A DNA stretch of 64,000 nt from Sphagnum compactum (GCA_965153455.1 OZ234493.1:27518213-27582212); one strand, 5' to 3'. Counted from the stretch's first letter, positions 1-13,906 are shown. A program made the numbers and translations. Notes: generated from the letters alone by a model not told the origin.

Positions 1-429
1 GGAGAAGCATCAACGAAAATGTCAACAAAACGTCTTCCTCCAGTTGGTGCATGATTGGCTTTCATGCAGACAGATAATGTACAAATCTTACGAATGAATT
101 TAGTTTACCTCTATTATCCTTCTTCCATGCATCCCTCACAAGATAGACATTTACAACCTCCCGTTATCATTTAAGTTATTGTTTTTTGACCCTTGATTTT
201 TTTGAGTTCTTCAGATCAAATGTTGTCTCTATGTGCAAATGTTGTGAGCCCCCTTATTGGAAACAAAAAGCATGGACTCAATTGTAAACCTAATTTGGGC
301 TCTGTGCTGCTTTGCTCTAAGTGACAATGAATTGTTTTAAAAACAATGAAAGAAAAAGAAAACTACCGAAACTTCTGTCATTTTGACACATAATTTGTAT
401 GTAGGTATCTAGGGTTAGGGTTTTCCCCT

Positions 430-1620
430 TGTTCCTGATGTGTTCCCATTATGTTCCCTTCAAGTTCCCAATGGGTTCCCATAAGGTTCCCCAAGTTCCC
501 AATATGTTCTTGAACATTTTCTCCATAGCACCCCACTTATTATCGCATATGTGATGGCAAATGTTGTCCTTCTTTCACCTATATAGGTGGGCCAAAGGGG
601 AGGAACTCTATACTTCAAATAGAACCTTTGATTTTGGGGAGCATTCATAGTTTCATTTCTTTTGAGTGATGGGCTAATCAAATTGGCTCGATGCAAAAAA
701 AAGTTGAACTTGGGAGGCACCTCATTTAATTATTGGGGAAGGTGAAATATGGATGCACTCAAGGTGCCTTGCTTTTTTTCTTTTTAAGTTGTTGGGGGGG
801 GGGGGGGGGGGGGGGGGGGGGCGAGGGGGAGATGGGATATTTTTTCATTTTTCCCTAGTTCTCAATGTGTTCTTCCCACTTTGTTCTTTTAAAGTTCCCA
901 ATAGGTTCCCCAAGTTCCCAATATGTTCCCCAACATATTCTCCCTAGCACCTCACTTTTATCCCATATGCTTTGGCAAATGTTGTTCTCCTTCACCTATA
1001 TAGGTGGGCCAAAGGGGAGAAACTCTATGTTTCAACATAGAACCTTTTATTTTGGGGAGCTTCCATGGTTTCATTTTTTTTTGAGTGATGGGCCAATCAA
1101 ATTGGCTTCTTGCAATTTTTTTGTTGAAATTGGGAGCACCTCATCTAATTAACAGGAGAGGTAATTGAATTGAAATGAGACATCATTCAAATTAATTAGA
1201 CCATTGGTGCGCTCACAACTTTTTCTTTTAGAAAAAGGGAGCCATATTGATTGGTCCACCAGCAATTTTTTTGGAACATAGGGCATGCCCCCAATAGAAG
1301 CACCTCTTTGGAACCCCCTTGCAAAACAGAAACAAATGTGCTCCCATAGATTTCACCTTTTCAGTTAATATACATGGGAGTTAAACCCAGGTGCTATTGG
1401 GAACATCTTGGGGAACACTTTGGTAACTTGAGAACCCATTGTGCAAACCATATGGGATAAAAGTGAGGTGCTATTAGGAGCAAATTTGGGAAAAACTTGA
1501 GAACTTGGGGAACATAATGGGCACAAGTAAGGAACATGATGGGAACAGGGAAAAAATGAAGAAAATTCCTACTCAATAAAAACCAACCACATGGCTGCTG
1601 CCTTGCGTGAGCCCTTATTT
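430..1620. repeat. Three copies of a dispersed ~300 bp repeat family (430-735 +, 850-1150 +, ~1200-1620 inverted)
   Basis: Shared blocks GTTCCCAA..., TTCACCTATATAGGTGGGCCAAAGGGG and TTTGAGTGATGGG(C/T)CAATCAAATTGGCT. More degenerate copies at ~2930-3075 and ~27770-28000. Confidence 0.8.
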
Positions 1621-4051
1621 TGGTAATGTCCTCGCCCTTGTACTTTACCTTACACAAAATCCTAATTTGGCCCTCCTGAAAAAACCAACCAATGCACCCA
1701 ACATCCCCCCAACCTTCCCCCCTCCACAAACCCCAAGGGCCAAAACACTAATTGATTTTTGTGCCAAGGAAAATGCAATGAAGAGCCAAGTCTACGATGG
1801 AAGGTAGATAAACCTATCATCGAACACTAACCTATCACCGAACATGTTGGCAATTCTTTGTCAATTCTTCTTTGTTTTGAGTGATTTAAAATGTTATAGG
1901 AACGCCTTCTCAAGCTTTACAAATCATCTTTGGAGCCAAAGGAGCAGCCACAAAAGAGCAGGAAAGAATTCAACCTAACAGACAAAACTGATGCATCCAA
2001 AGGAATGTTGATGTGAAGACCAATGCAAAATGGGCATATCACCTCTAACAACCTTGTTCTTGGTCTTGGAATCATTCTTGTGAAATCATGGAGAAAAAAG
2101 AAGTTGGAGTCACATCATCCAAAGAACAAGAGCTTTTGCTTTTAGATCACCCAAATGAAACATTTTAGTTCTCAATGAAGGAGTTCACATTAATGACTTG
2201 AGGCCTCTAAATGAATAATCGTTTAAAAGTGCCAAAAGATCCATTACACTCATTTTTTAGTAATCATCTTCAAAGTTGAATTTGCCCATGAAAACCATTT
2301 AAAAACCATTTAAAAACATTTTTAATGGTTACATCATCATGAAAATAGTTCATCCATGAACTTCTGTGTTTTTATATTTTCATCCATTGTACATTCATAA
2401 TGTAGTTAAGAACTCCAAAAATGATTCCTTCAAATATTTTGATACATTAGTCTAAAACATGAACTTGTACCAGAACCTTATTTTTATCATGTATTCAGAT
2501 GTCCTACTACCACTAGTACCTAGGTTTGAAACTTTTTTTAATTCAAAAAATAATGAAAAAAATTCAAAATTCACCATTGAAAAAAAATGTTTGTTTTGGT
2601 TTTTGGAAAAAAAATGCACCAAGTTGTAAGAATTCATTGAAAAAAACCATTAGTCATCATTGTTGAATATTATTATTTTGACACAATATGAAACCAAAAT
2701 TTCATAAATCATTTTTATTGTGGAACTTAATTTTGAAAAATAAAATAATTATTTGACACTTGAATGCCCAAAAAAGAGTACTATGATATTGCTTTGATTA
2801 AGAATAACTAGTAAGCCACATGCACTTGCCCCTAATTTACCCAATAAAGGGGCCTTAGGGCCCTAAGTTTATGCCCTTGCCATTAGCCTAGTTCAAAAGT
2901 GGAGACAAACCAATGTATAAATAGAAATTGGCTGAAGGGGAGGCACTCCATCTTTCAATAGAAATTCTATTTTGAGGAACCTCCAAAGTTTTTGTTTTGT
3001 TTTGTTTTGTGATGGGCCAATCAAAATGGTTGATTGCAAAAAAAAGAAAAAGATTGAACTTTGGAGGCACACCCATCTTCTTAATACCAAAAAAATAATT
3101 GCCCTGAAAATAACAATACTCAACAAGCACCCATGCTCTTATGAAAGGGTATTATTAAACCCAAGCCAACAATGGTGACAATCAATTTTAGGAATAAAGG
3201 GTTAATGCAAGCAATGAAATGACTCAGCACACTCGTACAGCCCATTATTTTTCATTTGGGGTGAAAGGGGATGTAAGATTTTGGTGTTCCCATGTTCTCA
3301 CATGTTTTCACAAGTTTCAAACATGTTCTCAGTGTTTTTGTGAAGATGTTGTCACAAGTTCCAAAATTACATTTCCAATGTGTAAACCCGATCAAAACTT
3401 TAGAATTACACCAAATGTTAAAATTTTACACTACTTAAATTAAACAAGCTATTTTGTGGAAGATATTATATATGAATTGTTTTTTCTTCCCACCCTAGTA
3501 TTATCTGCTCTGATTTTGTAGTACCCACATATTTAAATCATCTTAATTTTAGTTATAATTTCTTTTGTTTGCATCAACTTTTGATGTCCTACATTTATTC
3601 AGGTTTTCAATTTTTAGTACTTGAAATTGCGAGAGGGATGAGGAAAAAAATTGAACATGACAAGAATATGTGATAAAATTTATATATTTTAAAATATGTC
3701 TATTTCATATGTCACCTATGTAATGGGGAGGTGGCGAAGCACAATGTTCATATAAATATGTAAGTTTTTTCAAAGTGATTCAATTGTTAATGATGCATGA
3801 AGAAATCCTTCACTTCACATATGCTTGAAAATGAAACATCTCCCACCCAAGACCCCGATTCAGCCCTCCTTAAAAAGCAACCAATGCACCAATCATTCTT
3901 CCCCCCCCCCAACAACCCCCTTGCCCCGGCCCCCACCCACCACCCACCCCACCAACCCAAAAAGCAAAAGTTCCCACCCATCAACAGTCCCTACACGTAC
4001 TTACTACTTACCAAAAGATAGGACGGGGGATGTTGTCATCCACGCCTGCGG

Positions 4052-4344
4052 ATGTCGCCATAGATTCCATTAATAATACACCAGTCACTGCTGATGAGGT
4101 ACAGATTCATTTTAAGACAAAATTTCATTTGTTAGGTTTTCCATTTCTTTTGTTATGTATTTTATTTACTTTGTTATTATTATTCGTTGGATTTGCTCAC
4201 TTACTACTAGGTAATGATTTTTGTGCCCCCCCCCCCCCCCCCCCCTTAAAAACATAAAAAACAAATAAAATCGTTCTAAAAACGCTGATTGATTTTTTTG
4301 TGCCAAAGACAATGCACCGAAAGCCCGGTCTGCGATGTCGCCAT
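4052..4344 (+). promoter_or_regulatory. Two ZDRE-like motifs (ATGTCGCCAT) upstream of the ZIP transporter
   Basis: Identical 10-mers at 4052-4061 and 4335-4344, each one mismatch from the F-bZIP Zinc Deficiency Response Element RTGTCGACAY. Confidence 0.6.
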
Positions 4345-4462
4345 TGTGGGAATTTTTTGAAAAAGAGAAAAAAAAAGGTGCGCTGTGCTGGGTTGGTTCC
4401 GGCTCCGCTCTCGACGCTGCTGCTCTTCTTCTTCTTCGTAACGATCGAGAACTACGCGGGCG

Positions 4463-7400
4463 ATGGCGCATTCGCGTTCTCTCCTAGCGACGCCATCTGT
4501 GCTCCTTTCATATCCCTGCTTCTTCTTCTTCTTCTTCTTCGTTGCCGTCGGTACGAGATCTCCAAACTCGATGCGTGTCACACTCCGGCATCTGTGTTTC
4601 TTTTCTCTCCTTTTTTTCCCCCAGGTGCGTTGTTGCTTTATTTTTCCCCATGAAAAGTAGTTCTGAGGAGGGAGAATGCTCTCTGTGAGCTGTGGTAGGA
4701 GTGAGAATTTGGTTTCTAGGAAGGCGGATTGTGTGTTTCTGTGAGCGTTTGAAAGGAGGGAGAATTTGTAGGTGGGAGAAGGGAGAGGAAAAGCTGGTAG
4801 GTTGATCAGACGCAGGGATTTTGGTTTTGTTAAACCCTTAGGGTTTCAAGGGGTTCTGTAACAGGAGGAAGGTTAGGGTTTGATGTTCTGTGGTTGAACT
4901 TGGATCCCTTCTGTGCTGGAAGCTCCTTGCTCCCATTTGCCTTACCGGTAAATAATTTGTGCTCAGGTGTCGTTCCTCTCCTTCACTGCTGCTGTTTGTA
5001 GAGGTTGTGGAGAGTTCCTTACTATGAGTCTGCTGCAGAAGGATGATGCACCATTATATGCTGAGGCAGAGAGAGAGAAGATGGCTGATCTTGGTGTTGT
5101 TTTTAAAGCCATTTTTTTGGTTTCAATCTAGTTGGTCATTCAATCAGAATTCATGCTACTGATTCCTAGCAATGCAGATTGTCCTGATTTGCTTTCTACG
5201 TTTATAAGGTGGTGAAAGCGGATCCTCCTGTTTTCGAGGCACTGGTGAAATCTCTTTGTGGCAGAGAAGCTGAGAACAGCAATGGGAAGTTCTGTATGTC
5301 CAGTGTATGGCAACAATGCTGGCATTGTTGTCTATATTGACCTTTGTTTTAGTGTCTACAGCTCATAACCCCATTTTAAGGAATTCAACAATGTCTGGTA
5401 GCTTCATGCATCAGCTGGTTTTCTAACTCTAATAAACTGGTGGGATGGAGTGCAGGGCAAGCAGAGGACAGGATGGCGGATTGTGGACGATCAGATGATT
5501 TGTCATGTTATGATAAAGCAGGAGCATTACATCTCAAAGTGGCTGCAATTGCAATAATACTGATATCCAGTTCCCTTGGTGTTACAATGCCGCTTCTTGG
5601 TCAGCACTTCAGGTTTCTAAAGACAGAAGGAAATGCCTTTTTCATTGCCAAAGCATTTGCAGCTGGGATCATTTTAGCCACTGGATTTGTGCACATGTTA
5701 CCTGATGCTGCCAGTGCTTTAACCAATAGCTGCCTGCCTGACAGTCCGTGGTCCAAGTTCCCATTCTTTGGGTTTTTCGCTATGGTTGCAGCACTGGGGA
5801 CCTTGGTTGTTGACTTTGGTGCAACTGAGTTCTATGAAAGGCTTCAATCTCATCGAAGTGAGGTGAAAGCTTTGGCGGATGTACCTGCAGATGCTGGTAA
5901 GTTGGAATCAATTATTGTCCACCAAAATGTAGTCTTGATAGGGCAGTCCAGAGCTTGACCCAGCTTCTACTCATCTTTCCATCTTTTTGTCATGCTCCAG
6001 GATTAGTCAAAACCACAGTGCATTTCATCATGGAATTGTCTGCAGCTACCCCAGACTGTGCTCTCTCATACCTCCAGTGAAACACGACAACTGTGTGTCT
6101 GAGAACCACTGTCCAGGGCCCCTCCTGCAATGCAAAGCTTTGCCTATTTGAACCGAAGTTAGCTCTGGAGTGTTTTAATGTTGTATGAATTTTCATCAAG
6201 TGACTGTCACTTGAGCATCCCATGTTTCATGTGTGCTGCCGTATGTCCACTCCATTTTCCAAGGAGACAATGGACAACAGCTGGATGTCAAAACTCTGAA
6301 TGGATGATGATGACCTTGATTCATGTTAACATTGTGAACCCTAAACCTTAGATTTGAGTTTTAGAGTTACAGAAAGCCAGGGTCTGCTTTCTGTTAAAAG
6401 TGTCCTTGATTTCTGCTGTTGGCGGATCCTGACCAGGAGCAGTAGTTTGGGGATCTGCATGAACACTTGTAGGTCATTTGTCCTTATTGATTTTTGTTAA
6501 GTCCTCACAGATTCTCAGAATCTAGTTTCTCTCAGGTGTAGAGCTGTGAACTTTTGTTACTGAGGCACTTGCTGTCTTGATAAGCTAAAGCTGATATTAT
6601 TTGTTCTGTTTGGCTATTGCACCCAGCAACAGGAATATTCCCAGCTGAAATAGTTGTGGTGGAGAGCGAGAAACTGGATGATTCAGAGAAACAGGAAAAT
6701 AGAGGTGGACGGGTACATATAGTGGGCATGCGTGCCCATGCTGCTGCACATAGTCATAGCCATCCTGAAGGCCACCATGAGTGTGCAGATATCACACATG
6801 AACATGTGCATGGGCATGTTGGCCATACTCATGGGGTGGGTTCTATTTCAGATGAAGGGTTAGCACGGATCAGGCATGTGGTTATTGCACAGGTAAACCT
6901 TTTGTTTTTTGTTCTTTGGAGTTATTACAGTTCTTGTTGCTCTGCTTTGCTGACATGAAAGTGCTATTGTTGTCACTAGTTTTGTGTGCACATTGGTCCA
7001 AAGATACTTGTGCTCCAGGTTTCACTTGATTGCTGATCATTGTTTCTTCATTGCAAACAGGTATTGGAATTGGGAATTGTCGCACATTCAGTGATTATTG
7101 GAATAGCACTTGGAGTGTCAAATAGCCCTTGCACTATAAGACCACTTCTTGCTGCCCTTTCATTCCACCAATTTTTTGAGGGCTTTGCCCTGGGTGGCTG
7201 CATCTCTCAGGTTTGTCAAACACCCACCAATCTCTCAACATTCAGCTTTGTAGGCCAAGGATGCACAGGATACTTTGGAAACAGAACATTCTGGTTGAAT
7301 TTGCAGTGAATGAGGATAAATTATTTTGTAACCTCACATTACACTTTTGGGTGTGGGGTTCCATCACCAGGCACGTTATAAAACAATGTCGGCTGCAATC

Positions 7401-7676
7401 ATGTCATTTTTCTTTGCAGTCACTACTCCAGGAGGAATTGCAGTTGGAATAGGAATCTCTTCAAGCTACAATGACAACAGCCCCAGGGCATTAATTGTGG
7501 AAGGAATTTTTGATTCCGTGTCAGCAGGAATACTTGTGTACATGGCATTAGTGGATTTGATTGCAGCTGATTTTCTTAGCAAGCGCATGCGCTGTAATTA
7601 CCAGCTGCAACTCTTCTCTTACACAGCTCTCTTCCTTGGAGCTGGAGCCATGTCTGCTATTGCTCTCTGGGCTTGA
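4463..7676 (+). CDS. ZIP4: ZIP-family (ZRT/IRT-like) Zn/Fe transporter, ZIP4/IRT3 type; spliced
   Basis: Exons ~4463-4550 (first exon uncertain), 5456-5896, ~6627-6892, 7061-7210, 7371-7676, with phase-compatible GT-AG sites. Motifs [17 protein letters not shown], a His-rich loop, [14 protein letters not shown] and [10 protein letters not shown]; ends ...AIALWA*. Confidence 0.95.
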
Positions 7677-8427
7677 ATCAGCCTCTCCCAGTTCATTGTA
7701 AAGATTTGTGTGATCTCACTAAACTGGGTTACATAAACCATGGTTTCCTATTATCCTTCCAGGTCATCTTGTCGAGTGTGTATCCAGGCACTCTAGGTTA
7801 AAATCCAACATTAGTGTTGAAACTTCAGCTGTTGTAACATCTGTCTACAACAACTGTAGTCCGGCTACCGACAGGAAGAGAAACTGTTACAAGAGTTACT
7901 TTTCATTTAAAAAAAGATTTTGCATAATGTTTCTCTGATGCAGTCAGTCAGTCAGGCAGAAATGAACATGATCAATGATGAATACATTTGTTGCACTGAA
8001 TGGATTTTGTTTCTGACCTGATAACTAGTTTTCATGAAGAAAGAAATTAATCCCTGCAGAGTTGAAACTGCTAAGGCTAAATATATACAAGCTATATGAC
8101 CAGCAAGCTGGAAACCTTTTTCTAGCAATATGCAGGATCTGCTCTGGTAAGGAAGAACTGAACAGCATGTATCTAAAGAGTAAACATCTGTGTTGAGAAT
8201 CTCAATATTGTTTACAGGAATGTGTTTTATATCTGGGAGGAAAGTCCCAAAATTTTAAGAGAAAACATAAAATCAACATATCAGCTCCCTTCTCTAAGAA
8301 TTTTATCCACAACTAGAAACAGGGAATTGAAAAATCACTGTTTTTAATATATCAAAGAAATAGCTGTTCTTGTTTGTAAAATGCAAGAAAACTCTCCTCA
8401 GTGATAGCAGTGGTCCTTTGGTCATTC

Positions 8428-11400
8428 TCATTTGGTGAATTGGAAAGAGTCCTCAACTGTTGTCGCCGTTGAACTAGTTACAAACTGCAGAGTTGTTAAC
8501 ATATATCAGCTGCTGGCAATCAATTCTTATTAATTTTCATATGTGGTACGACTCTTGCTCTGAAGCTTTATTGCACTATTGATAACAATACCGCAAGATT
8601 AGTTCAGGATATGGTCACGCAAGCATAAGAAATTGAAGGCAATAAAATTAGGTCAGTATGGTTGTACAAAGCATAAGAGATAAAAGAAAAGGCAATAGGA
8701 GTATGAGATTGTTACTTGAACATATAGGCGGTTTGGATTAGCTTGTATGTAGGTGTATCCAAATTTAGAAATACGCACCAAACTCCAGGTGTGAGGCTGG
8801 AACAACAAAGCCAGAGATGACAAACTTTCACATCATCTTTTGCATGAATAATAGTGTTCTTGGTTACACCTCAATTGGAACCAATTGGTTGGTTACATCA
8901 CAATTGGAACTTTTTCACATTGTGGGTTTTCACAGAACTCTCCAAAGAAGTAGCAAATCCAAGTCTGGAAGTGTCAGGGGATGACTTACTGTTGTTGAAA
9001 AAGAATCAAGAGTGAATCCTGCCATCCCAAATACTGCATGCACAGGTGCTTTGTAATCTGTGTTGTTGTATGTGTCTACACCATTTACATTTGACGGGAA
9101 GGCCAGGCATTTGCTTTTGTAGACAGCACATGTGCGCTCATAGTTGTGGACATGTCCCCACACTGCCAAATCAACCTGCCAACCCAAACACAACTCCAGA
9201 AGCAAGGAATATGAAAAAAGCCAACTCATGTGGGGAGGGGGAAAGTAAGGAAGCAGCACTACCTTGCCATTGAGAAGTAAAGGCTCAATTGCAGGAGGGA
9301 ATGATGGGTCCACAGCTCCACCTATTATGTCATTCACAATTGTGTCCTGCTGAGATGAGTATGCGGGTCGATGCCTGCACACAGAAGAAAGACGAAATAT
9401 ATATATTTTCTCTGCAGATAAATTTTGCTTAAAAGAAGAGTTGCTCACACATGCCATCTTCAAAACAAGCCATCTTCAAAACAAACATTTGGTACCAAAT
9501 TTGCAAGAGCCAAATTGTAAGCATAGAATTGTAAAGAGAACAGATGTAGTTAGGTAGACCTTATACATACCCAGCAAATATTACCCAGGGAGTTGATGAG
9601 CGATCCACCATTGCAAGATCGTTCTGGATCCAGTTATACTGCAGGTACCAAAGATTACAAGTCAGATAATTTTACAGGATTTGTGGCCAACCCAAATTCA
9701 TAAATTTGTTCATCAGGAATCTTAGTGTTGCAAAATTGTTGGATGCAGGTTTCATGATATTATCATGAGCACCAACCTGTTCACTGCCTTGAGTCCAATC
9801 ATGCTCAGTGGACATGACTGTGAAATGCACAGGGCCTGATTCAATAGAATACCATGGTTTGTCCAGTCCTCCTTGTGTGGGCATTGGAAAGTATGCCTCA
9901 TATGCCACACCGCACTCTCCCCCAGAATCAGGAGTTTCATAAACAGATCCTGAAGATGGGAAATCCCTGCAACAATTTTTTGGAAAAAGAAATCACCCAA
10001 TCATTGAAATCAATCTTCAACACTTGGAGTGATCTTCAAGAGGTTTGAGAGCTTGATCGATGTTTGAAGACAAAAAGAGAAATCTGTTCGACACAGAGGA
10101 ATCTATCTCTGTGAATCTATCCTCCAAATGTTATGGGGTATCACTTAGGATGACTGTTTGAAAAGCAATGGGTTTGCTTGCCAGGATGATGTTGCAAATT
10201 GGAATTGGTTACAAAAAAAGACTCATATGTGATCTTTCATAGAGCAAGGAAATACATGTCTCAACTCAATTTCTGTGAATACATTGTTCACATTTGCTGA
10301 AGATAAGAAGACTTGGGTGCCAGAGATTGACACATATAGTGCAAACCTTTCATGGTTACCAATTGCAGTCATGTAAGAGACTCGAGAAGCCACAGGGTTG
10401 ATCATCTCCAGAAACGAATCCCACTCTACCATAAATCCTGTGGCATAACTGATATCACCCACATGAAACACCAAATCCACATCCTCAAGTGTAGACATCC
10501 GTTCTGTCAATGCATCTATAACCCCAAGAGCTCCTGGCTGCAAGAAGCACAAGCCGGATGCAGATCAAGTCTTGTATCAGTATTGTAATTTCACAACCTT
10601 CAATCAAAACTTCCAACTATGTAAGCTACAAGCTGCATTGTGTTTTTTCCCCCCTTTTTCTTGGTCTTGATTGTTTTTTTGGCTCTCAGAGTTGAGCTCT
10701 TGTTTGCTATTGGGCAAATGCATGGTTGGGTGCACCAAAGGGGTGGCAAGAAAAAACATCCACTAAAGTTCATTTCGTAATGTATTTTTACATTGCATCA
10801 GAGCATGATGCAATGCATAGGGATACCACAATTACAGATCTTATGTTAGTTTTTCCTTTTGAAGAAACAATGTTTTCAAGTAATCTTTTGTCAGCCTTGA
10901 TGTACCTGAACATAATGTTCATCTGAATGATCACGCTCTGCTTTGCCCATGTCTCCATACATCACCACGTTCAATGTCTTTGCTCCTGCAGCTGGTGGTG
11001 TTTTAAAGCTTCTGCTTGTTGTCCATCCTGCTACAGCACTAGTGCACACCATAGCCAAGCCCAGTTCCATACCACATGACACTTCAAGGTCAATGGAGAT
11101 GTCAATCATCTGTTGCCGCAACACCAATATGGTTTGCATAATTTTTCCATATATCATTCTTGATGAATTCTGACCTCCCATAGTAGTAGCTGTAGCTGGA
11201 GGATGGTGTCAGCTGTGTCATCAAGGCAGTGTGGATGTAGCCTGGATCATGCCATCCGAAACCAGATGCTGGATTGTCCAGTTCAGCTGCAAATTCAAAC
11301 ATTCAGGAAAATTAGGGGCAAGCTTCAGGAGCAGCAGCTGTTTCAGACATGGGTCTTTTGTTGTTCAGCTTCAGGAGGAGGATCAGTTTCATCAGGCCTT

Positions 11401-13063
11401 TGTTGTTGAAGCTTTCTTCAAGAAAATGAAATCTCTGTATAGGTAGGTACTCATGGATCACAGGAGAGCTTACAACACATTTGACTTGGAGTGAATGTGG
11501 AGACGGTGGAGGTGGAGCTCCTGCCACGATCGTAGTATACTTCTTGTGGATCTCCATTGCCACTCACCCATGTCAATCTCATCTGCAGCAGATCAGCAAC
11601 AAAAGAATCTCAAAGCTCCACAAAATCAAGAGCTTGTAGAATCCATGATTCTTCTTCAGAACATTCAGATACAAAGGAGTTCATGCTGATCAGCAGCTCT
11701 GCAACTATGTTAGATCTAATGCAGATCTAGAATCAGCAAAAAATAATATAGCTAGCAAAGGATGATCAGATCATAGACAAAATCACATGCAACAGGAGTA
11801 CTTGCTGCTCCTGCTTGTAGCACATACCGAAGTTGCAGTAGAATCTGGGCTGGACAGATGGGCATAGAGAGGAGAAGAAGGGTTGCTGAAGTTCAAGGCA
11901 CTGGAGGTTTTCAACAGGCACGGAGCATCAAATCCACCTGTGAAAAACGCAAAGAGCATGGTTGTCCTGATGTTGATGATGCGGAAGGTGATAGAACCAC
12001 TGCAAGTCTTCACCAAGCACTTGCCTAGAATCTCCTCCTGGCACTCGCTGTTCCCACATGACAGGTACTCTGGATCTGCACTCACATACCGATACTGCAT
12101 AGCACATTCACAAAACAAAACATGCATGCAGATCACCCACGCACCCACCCATGATGTCAATCTTCTCCTCATCTGCAGATCATCAGCTCTAGAAGTCTAG
12201 AACTACTAGTCATGCAGTGCAGGATCTGCTGCTGATCATCATCAGGTAACTCTGATCTTAATATTGTTGTCTAGCTGAGCTCTAGTCCATGGAAGCTGCA
12301 GTTGCACCTTGACAGGGTAGAGGCACGTGAGAGGTTGTGGGGATACATCTCCTGTCTCCAGATACAATGCCTCGTTCAAAGGACAGAAGTTTGTGCTGCT
12401 GCAGCACACACAATACATACACATGAACTTCAGAAAACCAGAATCTGCACAATCTTCTGCTGCAGCCTCATCCAGAGCTACCTGATGATGCAAAAGAGAA
12501 TTGGGTATTGTCAGATGAGGAGGAGGGAGGAGAGAGAGAGAGACGGACTCAGGCGCTGTGGCGGGGGAGAAAACAGCAATCCAATCTGCTTCACTTGGAT
12601 CCAGAATTCCAGACACTGTGACAGTCACGTTTTCCACATCCTGAAGAAGAAGAGTTGCAGCTGATGATGAAGCTGAAGCTGAAGATGCAGCAGTACTGAT
12701 GGAGATAGATAAATAAGGATTAAAATCTATGCAGCTTTCAAGCTTCCGGCGCTTGTTGATGGAACTGAAGCGAGGGTCTTTGAGCAGATGTTGAGCCTGT
12801 TGTTCTCTCATTGCTCTTAAGCTTAGACCAGTACTAGTCGAGTTTGCAGCTGCAGCTTGAAACTGTTGAGACTGTTCGAAGTACGTTGTGAGAGAATCAG
12901 ATTGCTCACTAGACCAGAAATGCTCGCCTCTTACGAACGTCGAGGAGCTTGAGATTATCAATATCGCTGCGAAACTCAGAATGCAGAATCTCAAGGAAAA
13001 TAATAATCTAGTTTTCATTCGATCACCAACAGCAGAAGCTTGCTCTCTGCAATCGTTCACCAT
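8428..13063 (-). CDS. Purple acid phosphatase / nucleotide pyrophosphatase-phosphodiesterase (PAP27/PAP1-like), secreted; multi-exon
   Basis: Hydrophobic N-terminus (start 13063 or 13018). Motifs GWHDPGYIH, GDMGK, GDISY, GNHER and GHVHNYER. Last exon 8484-8428 reads FVTSSTATTVEDSFQFTK*. Confidence 0.93.
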
Positions 13064-13375
13064 GATGCTGCAAACTATGCTACTGAATCCTGCCGATCAG
13101 AATTGACGATTTTTCAAAAGCTCCTGCTTATCAAACCAGGAATTTGTTTTTCGGACAATTGCAACAACAACAACACTCAGATCAGTATCCCCAGTCTAGT
13201 GCAAATCCCAGAAACACACGCAAGCGAACTCATGCTCATCTATCGATGTGTAACTACTTCTTCCAAAGTTAGCAAAGCTCAATAGAAGAACGTGGTTATA
13301 GGGAAGAACATGAAATAATGGATCAACACATGAATATTAGATGGCAAATGAAATCTTTGAAAAAAGATTTCGACT

Positions 13376-13478
13376 TTGACGCTTTTGAATGCCACATGTC
13401 AAATGCAATCCTTGAGAAAAAACTTCCACCTTGACGCTTTTGAATACCACCTGTCAAATGCAGTCCTTAGAAAAAAAG
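13376..13478. repeat. 55-bp tandem direct duplication upstream of the PAP start codon
   Basis: TTGACGCTTTTGAAT(G/A)CCAC(A/C)TGTCAAATGCA(A/G)TCCTT at 13376 and 13431. Confidence 0.85.
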
Positions 13479-13856
13479 GACTTCAACTTTACACCCTTGG
13501 CTCATTCTATTGTGAACTTGCAATCAATATAAAAGATGGAAACCAAAGAGAGAAGAGCCACTAGAGTTGTTCGAGGTAATCTATGATTACACTAGTACGG
13601 AGCTTCATGTCACATTGCTAAAGTCTAGCTAATTAATTGCATAGAACGCTTTGTATAAACTGGAATTGAATGTGCAGTGAAGCTCATCAATTGAGCAATC
13701 CATGCTTGTTGTTGTTGTTGTTGCGTAAAGGTGCGGAACCCCCGTGAAAGAAATCCCGTGTTCAAAGCATCTTCTTTCGTACAATACAAGACAGTTGCTG
13801 TGAAGATATGAAGTGCAAAGATTGGGTACACACTACAACATACACTCACATTCACA

Positions 13857-13875
13857 CCTCCTCCTCCTCCTCCTC

Positions 13876-13906
<31 letters not shown>
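13857..13906. repeat. Compound microsatellite (CCT)n(ACT)n
   Basis: Read directly from the sequence. Confidence 0.9.
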
